Positions 1-8,386 are shown, numbered from the stretch's first letter. The stretch is 64,000 bases of DNA from a virus (IMGVR_UViG_3300012663_000801:32955-96954), one strand, 5' to 3'. Numbers and translations: made by a program. Notes: a model not told the origin generated them from the letters alone.

Positions 1-1
1 G

Positions 2-292
2 AAGCCTGAGTATCTGGAAACCTTCCATGAGATCGAGGAAAACATATCAGCAAATGGAGCTTTTGGATCAGCAATCAGTGAAATTTTTGAATCGAGTCTT
101 TTGGTAGGTTTGGGAATTTCAGATGTTGTCATGGATGAGTATTCCGACATTACTTTTGAAGATTGGAGGAAAGTTCAGCGTTTGCATGACAATCCAGATA
201 ATTGGAATGATAATGGATTGAGTAAGGTGGGGCGCACATTTATTCGCAATTTCGGAGAGGAAATTTACGACCAATTGTTTCCTTCGAATTAA
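2..292 (+). CDS. Hypothetical protein, 5'-truncated by window edge
   Basis: Frame open from base 2 to TAA 290-292, which is also the start of the first repeat unit. Confidence 0.7.
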   Translation, partial: KPEYLETFHEIEENISANGAFGSAISEIFESSLLVGLGISDVVMDEYSDITFEDWRKVQRLHDNPDNWNDNGLSKVGRTFIRNFGEEIYDQLFPSN

Positions 293-313
293 AAACTAAG
301 CCAAAATACTGGC

Positions 314-883
314 ATGAAGCATTGTGATAAAATCATGATTGTTGCATCCATTACATATGCAATTGTTGCACTATCGGTGCAGACAGTTCCCAGTGTTGCG
401 ATAGTGAAGAACCTGAAAAGCTATCCTGTTCTTGTTTCACCAAAGAACAAGATCCCATGGTTTTCCAAGATGACTGATAAAGTTAAGTCTTTTGAGTCAT
501 ACAGATCACAACCCTATCGTTGTCCTGCTGGTGTTCTGACTGTTGGATATGGGCACACTGGTAGATACGCCAGCAACAGCATGTCCTTGTCCAAAGCGGA
601 ATCTGTTCTTAATCAAGAACTGATTGAAACAAAGAGAGTTGTGCTATCCAAGGTCAAAGTGAAGCTGACTGAATATCAATTGGCGGCACTTGTTAGCTTC
701 ACACATAACACAAATGAAAGTTGTCTTGATACTTTAATCAATGGCAAGAACAGACTCAACTCTGGCAATTATGATAGTGTGCCCAAGTTGCTCCCTCTCT
801 ACTGCAAAGCATCGGGGGAGACATTGCGCGGGCTGGTCATTCGCAGGAATTGGGAAGTGAAGCTCTGGAGAGGGATTTCCTAA
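314..883 (+). CDS. GH24 phage lysozyme with N-terminal hydrophobic anchor
   Basis: FESYRSQPYRCPAGVLTVGYGHT (E-x8-C-x5-T triad), AALVSFTHN, LRGLVIRRNWE; N-terminal IMIVASITYAIVALSV. Confidence 0.9.
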   Translation: MKHCDKIMIVASITYAIVALSVQTVPSVAIVKNLKSYPVLVSPKNKIPWFSKMTDKVKSFESYRSQPYRCPAGVLTVGYGHTGRYASNSMSLSKAESVLNQELIETKRVVLSKVKVKLTEYQLAALVSFTHNTNESCLDTLINGKNRLNSGNYDSVPKLLPLYCKASGETLRGLVIRRNWEVKLWRGIS

Positions 884-908
884 TTAAAAACTACACCAAA
901 ATACTGGC

Positions 909-1145
909 ATGTTCGCAGTTACCAATAACAAAGGATTCCACATTAAGTTTGCAAACGGAAACACGATCTCCGTTCAATTCGGAGAAGGAAATTATTGCGA
1001 CAATCGGCATCTGAATGAGCCGAAACAGTGCGCAAATGCTGAAGTCTGGGCATGGGATGAGAATGGCAAGCCACTGTTCGATGAACCTCTGGGATGGCAG
1101 ACCCCTGATAAGGTGGCTGCTCTGATCGCAAAATACAGCGCATAA
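909..1145 (+). CDS. Hypothetical phage protein, 78 aa
   Basis: ATG at +24 of repeat unit; stop overlaps next unit. Confidence 0.85.
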   Translation: MFAVTNNKGFHIKFANGNTISVQFGEGNYCDNRHLNEPKQCANAEVWAWDENGKPLFDEPLGWQTPDKVAALIAKYSA

Positions 1146-1166
1146 AAACTACACCAAAATACTGGC

Positions 1167-1322
1167 ATGCAAGTCGCTACCCTACTGGTCTGGAAAGAAG
1201 GAACTGATCCCGAGCGTATCAAGAAGTGGATCAAGAAGCTGGAAGAGTTGGAAGTTCTTGAGAATTATTCTCAATCGAATTTCGATGTGGAGGATTGCTA
1301 TCCGGTTCTCTACTTCCCCTGA
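1167..1322 (+). CDS. Hypothetical protein, 51 aa (MQVATLLVWKEG...YPVLYFP), absent from ORF track
   Basis: ATG at +24 of unit 1143; fills the space to the next unit. Confidence 0.8.
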   Translation: MQVATLLVWKEGTDPERIKKWIKKLEELEVLENYSQSNFDVEDCYPVLYFP

Positions 1323-1348
1323 GTTAAAAACTACACCAAAATACCACC

Positions 1349-1540
1349 ATGAAAGTTCGACCACTTGAGAATTACTGGCTGATGGGCACTGAATTCAAGC
1401 TCGACAGCACCAAGGTTTACGATGCCACCCATGCCACCAATCTCCCTGACTGGGAAGCAAAGGGGAAAATCTTCGTGTATGAAGATGAGGATGGTCCTTC
1501 GATTGTCCTTGAGAAAGGGGAATACGAAATCGTCGGTTAA
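1349..1540 (+). CDS. Hypothetical protein, 63 aa
   Basis: ATG at +24 of unit 1325. Confidence 0.8.
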   Translation: MKVRPLENYWLMGTEFKLDSTKVYDATHATNLPDWEAKGKIFVYEDEDGPSIVLEKGEYEIVG

Positions 1541-1561
1541 AAACTACACCAAAATACTGCC

Positions 1562-1810
1562 ATGATCAAGAAGAGATACCCTTGGATTTTGATTGATAAA
1601 GCGAATATGTCCAAGATGTTGCATCGCTTTTCCAGTGTCGAAAGTGTGGCATTTGCAATGATGAAAAGCGGGACTTGGACTTACAGGGATTTCTCAGAGT
1701 TCATTGTTATCAAGGATGAGATGAAAGTTGTGGATCTTTCTGCTCTGACAAAGGGTGGGGATCTTGTATCTTTCCATGCGAAAGTGAAGAAATTGCTTGA
1801 ACTCTCCTGA
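1562..1810 (+). CDS. Hypothetical protein, 82 aa
   Basis: ATG at +24 of unit 1538. Confidence 0.8.
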   Translation: MIKKRYPWILIDKANMSKMLHRFSSVESVAFAMMKSGTWTYRDFSEFIVIKDEMKVVDLSALTKGGDLVSFHAKVKKLLELS

Positions 1811-1871
1811 GATAAAAACTACACCAAAATACCGACAAAAAGAAACAACAAAACAAGAAAGCCTGCCGCAA

Positions 1872-2003
1872 ATGAATTACCTCGGATGGAAGATTTCTTA
1901 CTTTCCAATTGGCTCGCAAGTCTGGAAAGCGTCACGCTTTGGAGTTGACCTATGTGCCAATTCTAAAGAATTGCTGATGGCAATGATTGCCAGCCGCAAG
2001 TAA
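1872..2003 (+). CDS. Hypothetical protein, 43 aa (MNYLGWKISY...)
   Basis: First ATG after unit 1813, behind an A-rich leader. Confidence 0.65.
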   Translation: MNYLGWKISYFPIGSQVWKASRFGVDLCANSKELLMAMIASRK

Positions 2004-2011
2004 TTTTCTGC

Positions 2012-2040
2012 TTGACTCACTCTTTTTAACTCTTCAAAAT
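2012..2040 (+). promoter_or_regulatory. Sigma70-type promoter TTGACT-N17-CAAAAT
   Basis: Canonical spacing; same CAAAAT hexamer as the repeat units; ATG 9 nt downstream. Confidence 0.7.
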
Positions 2041-2049
2041 ATCACTACT

Positions 2050-2376
2050 ATGCCCGAAACTCCCATAATCATCAGAGTAAATAATGATCTTGATCTGCGC
2101 AATCCTATCCATGCGAAAGCGTATCTAAAAGCCGCCAATCATTTCTTGTCTGGCTGGCCCGAAGAATGGGACGCCGAAACTCTTTGCCTTGCTCTTCTTG
2201 CTGAAGAAGAAGACGACGAAGAAAACCTTGCTAATCGAAAGAAGGTCTTCCCTTGGGAGGCAATCAAAAACTCAAGCTGTTTCGAGACACAAGGCGAGTA
2301 TCGTTTTCTTGAAGAAATCATCTGTAATCTGGCAGAAGATTTCATTGATTTTCTAAACGAAACTGATCCGAGTTAA
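2050..2376 (+). CDS. Acidic hypothetical protein, 108 aa (MPETPIIIRV...)
   Basis: ATG at 2050 after the sigma70-type promoter; stop overlaps unit 2374. Confidence 0.8.
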   Translation: MPETPIIIRVNNDLDLRNPIHAKAYLKAANHFLSGWPEEWDAETLCLALLAEEEDDEENLANRKKVFPWEAIKNSSCFETQGEYRFLEEIICNLAEDFIDFLNETDPS

Positions 2377-2397
2377 AAACTACACTAAAATACTGCC

Positions 2398-2640
2398 ATG
2401 CTCGACATCACCATTGACCCGAAGGAAATCAGAGCCAGATATCACGCCGACGACACCGGACGCGGATGGTTGTATTTCTCAGTCCCAAATGGATGGGAGG
2501 ATGTGGAAAAGGTTCACAAGAAAGTCCTGACCTACGACGGGCGCAAGTTTCTCTTCAGCGGGTGGAACTCGGATCGAAACGACTGCTTCTTCAGGGAGGA
2601 ACTGAAGGGAGGCCCGATGGTGGTCGCCCGCTTCCAATAA
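2398..2640 (+). CDS. Hypothetical protein, 80 aa
   Basis: ATG at +24 of unit 2374. Confidence 0.85.
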   Translation: MLDITIDPKEIRARYHADDTGRGWLYFSVPNGWEDVEKVHKKVLTYDGRKFLFSGWNSDRNDCFFREELKGGPMVVARFQ

Positions 2641-2661
2641 AAACTACACCAAAATACTGCC

Positions 2662-2790
2662 ATGAGAACAAACGAATTGTTTGAAACGCTGCAAAATCTG
2701 CTCATTCTCTCCCTGATACTGTTCACCATCTTAGTGGGAATGGCAATCGGCACCCTTGTGACTGCGATCATCGGGTCTCTTGCCCAATAA
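2662..2790 (+). CDS. Small membrane protein, 42 aa (MRTNELFETLQNLLILSLILF...)
   Basis: ATG at +24 of unit 2638; one long hydrophobic segment. Confidence 0.75.
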   Translation: MRTNELFETLQNLLILSLILFTILVGMAIGTLVTAIIGSLAQ

Positions 2791-2811
2791 AAACTACACC
2801 AAAATCGCTGC

Positions 2812-2922
2812 ATGCAATTCCTACTCACGCTCTGCGTCACATTCATTGCCATTGGAACTCGAAGTCTGATCATGTATGTGTTCGCTGCCATCCTCTGGTA
2901 TCTCGTCGTTGTTAAAAACTAA
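2812..2922 (+). CDS. Small membrane protein, 36 aa (MQFLLTLCVTFIAIG...)
   Basis: ATG at +24 of unit 2788; hydrophobic. Confidence 0.7.
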   Translation: MQFLLTLCVTFIAIGTRSLIMYVFAAILWYLVVVKN

Positions 2923-2936
2923 ACCAAAATACTGCC

Positions 2937-3230
2937 ATGTCGAAACCATACATGACCATCAATTCCGAAGGTAACACGCTCTACTTCAAGGACAAGGGGA
3001 TGACCATTCCCCACCGGGAAGACGGTCCCGCTGTTGAGTGGCCCAATGGGCACAAGGTTTGGTATGTCAATGGCAAGCGTCATCGTGAAGATGGCCCTGC
3101 GATTGAACACGCCAACGGTGGGAAGTATTGGTATCAGAACGATGTCCTCCACCGTGAAGATGGCCCTGCGATTGAACACGCCAATGGGAACAAAGCATGG
3201 TTCCTGAATGGCCGCGAAGTTAAAAACTAA
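2937..3230 (+). CDS. HREDGPA-repeat protein
   Basis: Three HREDGPA(V/I)E repeats at about 23-aa period. Confidence 0.85.
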   Translation: MSKPYMTINSEGNTLYFKDKGMTIPHREDGPAVEWPNGHKVWYVNGKRHREDGPAIEHANGGKYWYQNDVLHREDGPAIEHANGNKAWFLNGREVKN

Positions 3231-3244
3231 ACCAAAATACTGCC

Positions 3245-3457
3245 ATGTCCAAACCGAAGTTCAAATCATTCCTTCTCACCAAGACTCATGTGACCGCAAT
3301 GGTGAAAGCCATGAAGCAAGCGGGCCTGCGCGTCGTGGAAGACAAGTCCGCTGGCACTGTCCAAGCGTTTTATGGTGAGCACGAAGTTTATGCAGCAATC
3401 GAGAAGGGGCACAATCAGCCTTGGATCGTGCGCCATGTCGAGAACCTGTTCGACTGA
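3245..3457 (+). CDS. Hypothetical protein, 70 aa
   Basis: ATG at +24 of unit 3221. Confidence 0.8.
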   Translation: MSKPKFKSFLLTKTHVTAMVKAMKQAGLRVVEDKSAGTVQAFYGEHEVYAAIEKGHNQPWIVRHVENLFD

Positions 3458-3487
3458 TCAACACGGGGGAAGCGCATCCTACACGCT
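3458..3487 (+). repeat. 30-nt intergenic element TCAACACGGGGGAAGCGCATCCTACACGCT, copy 1 of 3 (others 5279-5308, 8081-8110)
   Basis: Copies differ by one base from this one; each abuts a TAAAAACT unit. Confidence 0.95.
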
Positions 3488-3511
3488 TAAAAACTTCAGC
3501 AAAATACTGCC

Positions 3512-3694
3512 ATGACCAAGAAGCACTTCGAGTTTATCGCCTCCACCATCGAGTCCATGCCATCCTTTTCCGCCACTCTGAGGGCACAGAAGCTCTCCTG
3601 CGCGAACACCTTCGCCGATGCCTTCGCCAAGGAGTTCCCGCGATTTGATCGGGACAAGTTCCTGCAAGCCTGCGGTGTCTATTACTTTCAATGA
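3512..3694 (+). CDS. Conserved phage hypothetical protein (MTKKHF...PRFDRDKFLQAC)
   Basis: ATG at +24 of unit 3488; PRFD..RF..AC-type motif familiar from phage early proteins. Confidence 0.8.
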   Translation: MTKKHFEFIASTIESMPSFSATLRAQKLSCANTFADAFAKEFPRFDRDKFLQACGVYYFQ

Positions 3695-3697
3695 GTG

Positions 3698-3748
3698 CAT
3701 GGCAAAGTCCCCTCTCTCTGGTGGTTCGGAGAGAGGGGCAACCCTTTT
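3698..3748 (+). terminator. Hairpin family B, copy 1 (copy 2 at 6001-6052)
   Basis: CCCCTCTCTCTG-GTGGTT-CGGAGAGAGGGG vs CCTCCCTCTCTG-GTGGTT-CGGAGAGGGAGG, compensatory changes, short T run after. Confidence 0.7.
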
Positions 3749-3774
3749 AAAAACTACAGCAAAATCATGGCACC

Positions 3775-4122
3775 ATGAAAGTCCGTGTTTACTTCAACCT
3801 GCACAAGAAACTCCTTTCGATTCAAACGAAAGTGAATGGCGCGTGGAAGGTGATCAGCCACCGCCAGAGCGTTAGCCTGTCCGATGTCACCTTCAAGGTG
3901 TCGGAGCGTGGTCGCCAGCGGGTGATCAAGAACAAGCGGAAGAACGTCCACGCCTACATCTGCGGCACCCTCAACGATGAACTGGTGAACGAGAGCGGGA
4001 TGGACCCGATCATCTACAACCCCTACAAGTTCGAGCGTTTCTTCAATGGTGAGCGATACGTGGACACCGCTGAAAGGGTCTTCATCGATGGTCGCAAGGT
4101 TTACGCCGCGAACGCCCAATAA
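3775..4122 (+). CDS. Conserved phage hypothetical protein (VYFNLHKK...KRKNVHAY...YNPYK)
   Basis: ATG at +27 of unit 3748; familiar phage family motifs. Confidence 0.85.
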   Translation: MKVRVYFNLHKKLLSIQTKVNGAWKVISHRQSVSLSDVTFKVSERGRQRVIKNKRKNVHAYICGTLNDELVNESGMDPIIYNPYKFERFFNGERYVDTAERVFIDGRKVYAANAQ

Positions 4123-4143
4123 AAACTACAGCAAAATACTGAC

Positions 4144-4281
4144 ATGCGCCAACGCTACTTCCTCTGGAACCTGCCACTCATCGACGGTGGCGAAATGATC
4201 ATCATCCACGAAATCACCCGGAACAACAACAAGGTGACCGGGTTCATCAACCACCGCTTCACCTTCCCGAAGGACCAATAA
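4144..4281 (+). CDS. Hypothetical protein, 45 aa (MRQRYFLWNLP...)
   Basis: ATG at +24 of unit 4120; stop overlaps next unit. Confidence 0.75.
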   Translation: MRQRYFLWNLPLIDGGEMIIIHEITRNNNKVTGFINHRFTFPKDQ

Positions 4282-4305
4282 AAACTACACCAAAATACCC
4301 CTGCC

Positions 4306-4539
4306 ATGAAAAACAAATTCCGCAACCAAGACGGCACGATCACCTCTTATTCATTCGCCTGTGGATACGTTGAAAGATACGGAAACTGGGATATTCCACG
4401 GGCCACAATTTCCCGCGAGGCCAATGGCTACCATGTCAAAGGGTTCGACAAGGACGGGAAACACTTCTGGGAAATCGTGGACAAGGTGAAGGACGCCAGA
4501 GCGATTGCCCGCAAGCAAGGGGGGAAGCTGAACAAATAA
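4306..4539 (+). CDS. Hypothetical protein, 77 aa
   Basis: ATG at +27 of unit 4279. Confidence 0.8.
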   Translation: MKNKFRNQDGTITSYSFACGYVERYGNWDIPRATISREANGYHVKGFDKDGKHFWEIVDKVKDARAIARKQGGKLNK

Positions 4540-4563
4540 AAACTACAGGAGAATAGCTGCACT

Positions 4564-4779
4564 ATGGAACACTTTCTAACTGAACAGCAAAAACATATCA
4601 TCTATCAGGAATATCGCAGTTATGATTGCGCAATGAGCGATCCATGGCGCAATGACTTTTCTGATGATGGGCAAGCGGATGATGAATGGAGACGGGAAAA
4701 CATGCTGGAAAATATCCGCGAGCAAATGCCCGAAATTCCCCTCGAAATGATTGAGGACGAAATTGACAGAATTTCTTGA
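4564..4779 (+). CDS. Acidic hypothetical protein, 71 aa
   Basis: ATG at +27 of unit 4537. Confidence 0.8.
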   Translation: MEHFLTEQQKHIIYQEYRSYDCAMSDPWRNDFSDDGQADDEWRRENMLENIREQMPEIPLEMIEDEIDRIS

Positions 4780-4816
4780 AATCTTCTGATAAAAACTACA
4801 GCAAAATAACGCTGCC

Positions 4817-4969
4817 ATGCAGAACAACATGCTATTCACTGTCAGCGGGGAAGTCCTCGCCTATGCCGTCACAAGGGATGCGGCAATCGCCATCTCGAAT
4901 TTCGCTCGTCGCCCCGTTCGCTGGGGGGATGAATTGATCGGAGGAGAATACGTCGGATGCGTCGGATAA
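4817..4969 (+). CDS. Hypothetical protein, 50 aa (MQNNMLFTVSG...)
   Basis: ATG at +27 of unit 4790; stop overlaps next unit. Confidence 0.75.
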   Translation: MQNNMLFTVSGEVLAYAVTRDAAIAISNFARRPVRWGDELIGGEYVGCVG

Positions 4970-4993
4970 AAACTACAGTAAAATAACGCTGCC

Positions 4994-5275
4994 ATGAAGA
5001 CCAAGAAAGAAATCAAGCTCAAGGACGGTTCCACTCTTCCCAAGGGACTCCGCGTCACGTTCATCGAGGACAAGCCCACCCGATGCCTTGTCCACTCGCC
5101 TGCTCATCCGGCACCGCTGCAAGTGCGGATCACCAGCGCGTTTCACGCCCCATCATACGAGAGGATGGAAGGCTGGGGCTGCATCTGCAAGACTCCCACC
5201 GGGCAGACTGTCGAGCCTGACGGCTACGGGGAAGACGGAAGCCCTTCGTGGCTGATCGTTCTCGGTCTGATCTGA
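4994..5275 (+). CDS. Hypothetical phage protein (VEPDG...PSWLIVLGLI)
   Basis: ATG at +27 of unit 4967. Confidence 0.85.
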   Translation: MKTKKEIKLKDGSTLPKGLRVTFIEDKPTRCLVHSPAHPAPLQVRITSAFHAPSYERMEGWGCICKTPTGQTVEPDGYGEDGSPSWLIVLGLI

Positions 5276-5332
5276 TACTCAACACGGGGGAAGCGCATCC
5301 GACACGCTTAAAAACTACAGTAAACTCCCGCC

Positions 5333-5407
5333 ATGCCTGACCTCACCAACCTCAACGACGCAGACCTGCAAGACCTCATCGACTTCCTCGCAGGTGTGAC
5401 AAAATGA
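5333..5407 (+). CDS. 24-aa peptide MPDLTNLNDADLQDLIDFLAGVTK
   Basis: ATG at +24 of unit 5309; resembles N-terminus of 8588-8728. Confidence 0.6.
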   Translation: MPDLTNLNDADLQDLIDFLAGVTK

Positions 5408-5460
5408 CGCACCTGACCGAAACCCGCCTGTAAAAACTACACTAAACTTTTGCCACGACC

Positions 5461-5676
5461 ATGAAAATCAACTGCATCGACATCGAATGGGACACAGACG
5501 GAGACGAAGAAATCCTTGCCACTCTTCCGACCGAAGTGATCGTTGACCTCAACGAAATCGAAGGCTTTGAGGATGAAGATGTTACAGAGGAAAACTCTTC
5601 CGATATTGCGGACTATCTTTCGGACGAATACGGGTTCTGCATCTTCAGCTTCAACTATCAAACGCTCAATTCCTGA
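5461..5676 (+). CDS. Highly acidic protein, 71 aa
   Basis: IEWDTDGDEE...IADYLSDEYGFC; follows unit 5431. Confidence 0.85.
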   Translation: MKINCIDIEWDTDGDEEILATLPTEVIVDLNEIEGFEDEDVTEENSSDIADYLSDEYGFCIFSFNYQTLNS

Positions 5677-5715
5677 CCACCCGCTTTTAAAAACTTCAGC
5701 AAAATCGCTACCGAC

Positions 5716-5997
5716 ATGAGACTCATCACCAAGAAAATCCACCTCGCCTTCTTCGCAGGCCGCGCCCTCACCCTCGGCAACACCCGCACAGACGGCAACA
5801 GCGTCTGGCTCCACGGCAACAAGATCGTGGAGATGCGCGAGGACGGCGTTTACGCTACCCTCGCAGGCTGGAACACTCCCACGACTCGGGAGCGCGTGAA
5901 CGGCATCACGGGTGCCCGGTTCAGCCAGAAAAATTTCACCCCGCACTTGGACGGGAAGCCAATCGACGCAAACGAATGGCACAAGGTTCTAGGCTGA
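5716..5997 (+). CDS. Conserved phage hypothetical protein (LHGNKI...AGWNTPTTRERVN)
   Basis: ATG at +28 of unit 5688. Confidence 0.85.
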   Translation: MRLITKKIHLAFFAGRALTLGNTRTDGNSVWLHGNKIVEMREDGVYATLAGWNTPTTRERVNGITGARFSQKNFTPHLDGKPIDANEWHKVLG

Positions 5998-6079
5998 AGT
6001 CATGGCAAAAGTCCTCCCTCTCTGGTGGTTCGGAGAGGGAGGCATCTCTTTTAAAAACTTGAGTAAGATCCCTACCGAC

Positions 6080-6352
6080 ATGAACGACACGCTCGCTACC
6101 CTGATCCGCTCCATCCCGCTCATCACCCGTTTCGAGGAGAACGGTGTGATTCGGGAATATCCCGCTCGCTTCCACTTTGTGGAAGCAGAGGTCAACCCGG
6201 CCTTCGGACCAGTCCAAGAACACCTCGCTCTGGTGGACGAAAGCGGTGGCGACCCCGCCCTGCTCTTCGATGCTAGCACCATCAAAACCAACGGCGACTG
6301 GTTCACCTTCGAGGACTCGCTCCACGGCACGGTCGAGTTCAAGCCAGCCTAA
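6080..6352 (+). CDS. Hypothetical protein, 90 aa (MNDTLATLIRS...)
   Basis: ATG at +28 of unit 6052; the track start at 6002 runs through a hairpin and promoter unit. Confidence 0.8.
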   Translation: MNDTLATLIRSIPLITRFEENGVIREYPARFHFVEAEVNPAFGPVQEHLALVDESGGDPALLFDASTIKTNGDWFTFEDSLHGTVEFKPA

Positions 6353-6359
6353 CAATCCA

Positions 6360-6400
6360 GCCCCCAGTGTTCACCTGAGCACTGGGGGCTTTTCTCTTTT
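6360..6400 (+). terminator. Hairpin/terminator family A, copy 1 of 5 (others about 6962, 7647, 8738, 9123)
   Basis: GCCCCC(A/G)GTGTTCA...CAC(T/C)GGGGGC plus T-tract; A-T to G-C covariation between copies. Confidence 0.85.
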
Positions 6401-6426
6401 AAAAACTTCACCAAAATAGCTGCGCC

Positions 6427-6648
6427 ATGATTCCTACCACTTACTACTGCCCGATCCGCTCGAACACTTTCGAGGTCCAAATCATTGAGGTGAAGTCCCA
6501 CTGGGCATGTGCAGCTTTTGCACGCTTCCGCTGCCTGATCGGTGTGTGGAACTTCAACTGCACCTCGTTCATCGACATTGCCCAAGGCAATGGCATGACC
6601 GAGAAAGAGGCTTTCGACGCTGCCGTTAAAGACGCACAGGGAGTCTGA
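6427..6648 (+). CDS. Hypothetical protein, 73 aa
   Basis: ATG at +27 of unit 6400. Confidence 0.75.
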   Translation: MIPTTYYCPIRSNTFEVQIIEVKSHWACAAFARFRCLIGVWNFNCTSFIDIAQGNGMTEKEAFDAAVKDAQGV

Positions 6649-6687
6649 TCACCCCGCTTTTAAAAACTTCACCAAAATAGCTGCACC

Positions 6688-6954
6688 ATGACAACGCTCA
6701 TTACCGGAAACACCTACCCCGTCCGCGACCAAATCAAAGCCCTCGGTGGTCGCTGGAATGCACCACGTAAGGGCTGGGAAGTCCCCAACGACAAGGCCGA
6801 CGAAGCCCGCGCCATCGTGGCGGATGCACCCGTCAACTACCGCTCGCGCTCCCGCTACGTGTCCGACACGTTCAAGACCAGCGGCGGCACGTTCTACCGC
6901 AACCGCAACGGACGATGCGAGGATGCACCCTGCTGCGGCTGCTGCACCTTCTGA
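6688..6954 (+). CDS. Phage protein with TYPVRDQIKALGGRW domain and C-terminal RCEDAPCCGCC metal-binding motif
   Basis: Motifs in translation; ATG at +27 of unit 6661. Confidence 0.85.
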   Translation: MTTLITGNTYPVRDQIKALGGRWNAPRKGWEVPNDKADEARAIVADAPVNYRSRSRYVSDTFKTSGGTFYRNRNGRCEDAPCCGCCTF

Positions 6955-7028
6955 TTCAATCGCCCCCAGTGTTCACCTGAGCACTGGGGGCTTTTTTCAT
7001 TTAAAAACTTCGACAAAATAGCTGCGCC

Positions 7029-7073
7029 ATGAAGCCCACCCTACACGAAACCCACAAAGGAGGTGCCCAATGA
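7029..7073 (+). CDS. 14-aa uORF MKPTLHETHKGGAQ coupled to 7070-7267
   Basis: ATG at +27 of unit 7002; contains AAGGAGGT; ATGA overlap with next ORF. Confidence 0.6.
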   Translation: MKPTLHETHKGGAQ

Positions 7074-7267
7074 TTCGCGCCTTCGATTCAAGGGGTCGCG
7101 AAGTGTTCCTGCGTCCGGGTCGAATCCTTCCAGAGGGAACGATCACCCAGCGCGGGAATGATTTCCAGACTCTGGAAACTCCGGTGGTTTACCGGAAAAG
7201 TCGAGTCTGGAACACGCTGACCCAATCGTGGGACGAATCGGAAGATCTGATCCCAATTGAGAAATAA
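7070..7267 (+). CDS. Hypothetical protein, 65 aa
   Basis: Strong Shine-Dalgarno AAGGAGGT upstream. Confidence 0.8.
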   Translation: MIRAFDSRGREVFLRPGRILPEGTITQRGNDFQTLETPVVYRKSRVWNTLTQSWDESEDLIPIEK

Positions 7268-7291
7268 AAACTTGAGTAAGATCCTGCTGCC

Positions 7292-7639
7292 ATGAGCACC
7301 ACCACCACCATCGTCACCAAGCAGTCCCTCCTCGAAATGCTCACCGCCTCCCGCGAGCGTCAAGCTCAGGTTGTCGGTCGCGCCCTCGTCGCTCTCTTCC
7401 TTCGCCAGACGGAGGATGAGAAGGACGCCAACAAAACGAACCACGACAACGATGTCGGGTTCCAGCACTCGGACGCCAAGAGGGGCAGCATCACCGCCAA
7501 GTATTTCCTGAAGCACCGCACGCTTCAGGACTGGCAGATCGAGCCTTGGCTTGCCCCACAGGGTGCCAAGGGCTATCCTCGGATTGCCAAGTATTCGCGC
7601 CAGCTGAACGAAATCGCCCTCGAAAAGCGCAAGGGCTGA
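7292..7639 (+). CDS. Conserved phage hypothetical protein (RQTEDEK...NDVGF...D)
   Basis: ATG at +27 of unit 7265. Confidence 0.85.
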   Translation: MSTTTTIVTKQSLLEMLTASRERQAQVVGRALVALFLRQTEDEKDANKTNHDNDVGFQHSDAKRGSITAKYFLKHRTLQDWQIEPWLAPQGAKGYPRIAKYSRQLNEIALEKRKG

Positions 7640-7713
7640 TTCAATCGCCCCCGGTGTTCAAACGGACACCGGGGGCTTTTTTCATTTAAAAACTTCGCCA
7701 AAATACCCCTGCC

Positions 7714-8079
7714 ATGAAAACATACCAAGTTCGCTACAACGGAAAGCAGACCACAGCCCTCTGGATCGCGGAGGGCTGGATCATCGACGGTGCCCTCGTC
7801 CCTACCGGGGCAGCGGCAATCCTCAATCCCTACGTCACCCGCGCCCAGATCTGGGAGTGGTATGGCGAAGAGGAACACGTTGGTGACCCCGCCTTCGGTC
7901 GCTACAAGGCCAAGGGTGGGCAAGACTTCATCGTTCACCTGACCACTGAGCAGGCATACGATGAGGAAGCGGTCCTCGCGAAGCTCAACGAGCGGCTGAA
8001 CACGAACGGGAAATGGACCCGGTTCGAGTTCAAGGGTGAACTCGAATACTACTTCGAGCCAACGGTGGTGGAACTGTGA
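7714..8079 (+). CDS. Hypothetical protein, 121 aa
   Basis: ATG at +27 of unit 7687. Confidence 0.85.
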   Translation: MKTYQVRYNGKQTTALWIAEGWIIDGALVPTGAAAILNPYVTRAQIWEWYGEEEHVGDPAFGRYKAKGGQDFIVHLTTEQAYDEEAVLAKLNERLNTNGKWTRFEFKGELEYYFEPTVVEL

Positions 8080-8137
8080 ATCAACAAGGGGGAAGCGCAT
8101 CCTACACGCTTAAAAACTTCGCCAAAATAGCTACGCC

Positions 8138-8362
8138 ATGATCGACCACATCACCACTGGCCCTCTCGCTGGGCACTTCACCCTCAATGGGTCCACTGAC
8201 TTCGCTGGAGATGTCCTCCAGTTGTTCCGGGATGGCGTGAAAGCCACCCCAAAAGCCCGCGTCCTGCTTTCTAAGTGGGCGAAGGAAGCCGATGCCCAAG
8301 CGGCAGCCAATGAGAAGGCATGGGACGAATTCAACGCCCATTACCCGTTTGGCGTTTATTAA
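8138..8362 (+). CDS. Hypothetical protein, 74 aa
   Basis: ATG at +27 of unit 8111. Confidence 0.8.
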   Translation: MIDHITTGPLAGHFTLNGSTDFAGDVLQLFRDGVKATPKARVLLSKWAKEADAQAAANEKAWDEFNAHYPFGVY

Positions 8363-8386
8363 AAACTTCGCCAAAATAGCTACGCC

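Noticed and set aside
2937-3230. Diversity-generating retroelement TR/VR pair from the direct repeat at about 3081 and 3150
   Set aside because: In-frame protein repeat with synonymous-type differences; no reverse transcriptase in the window.
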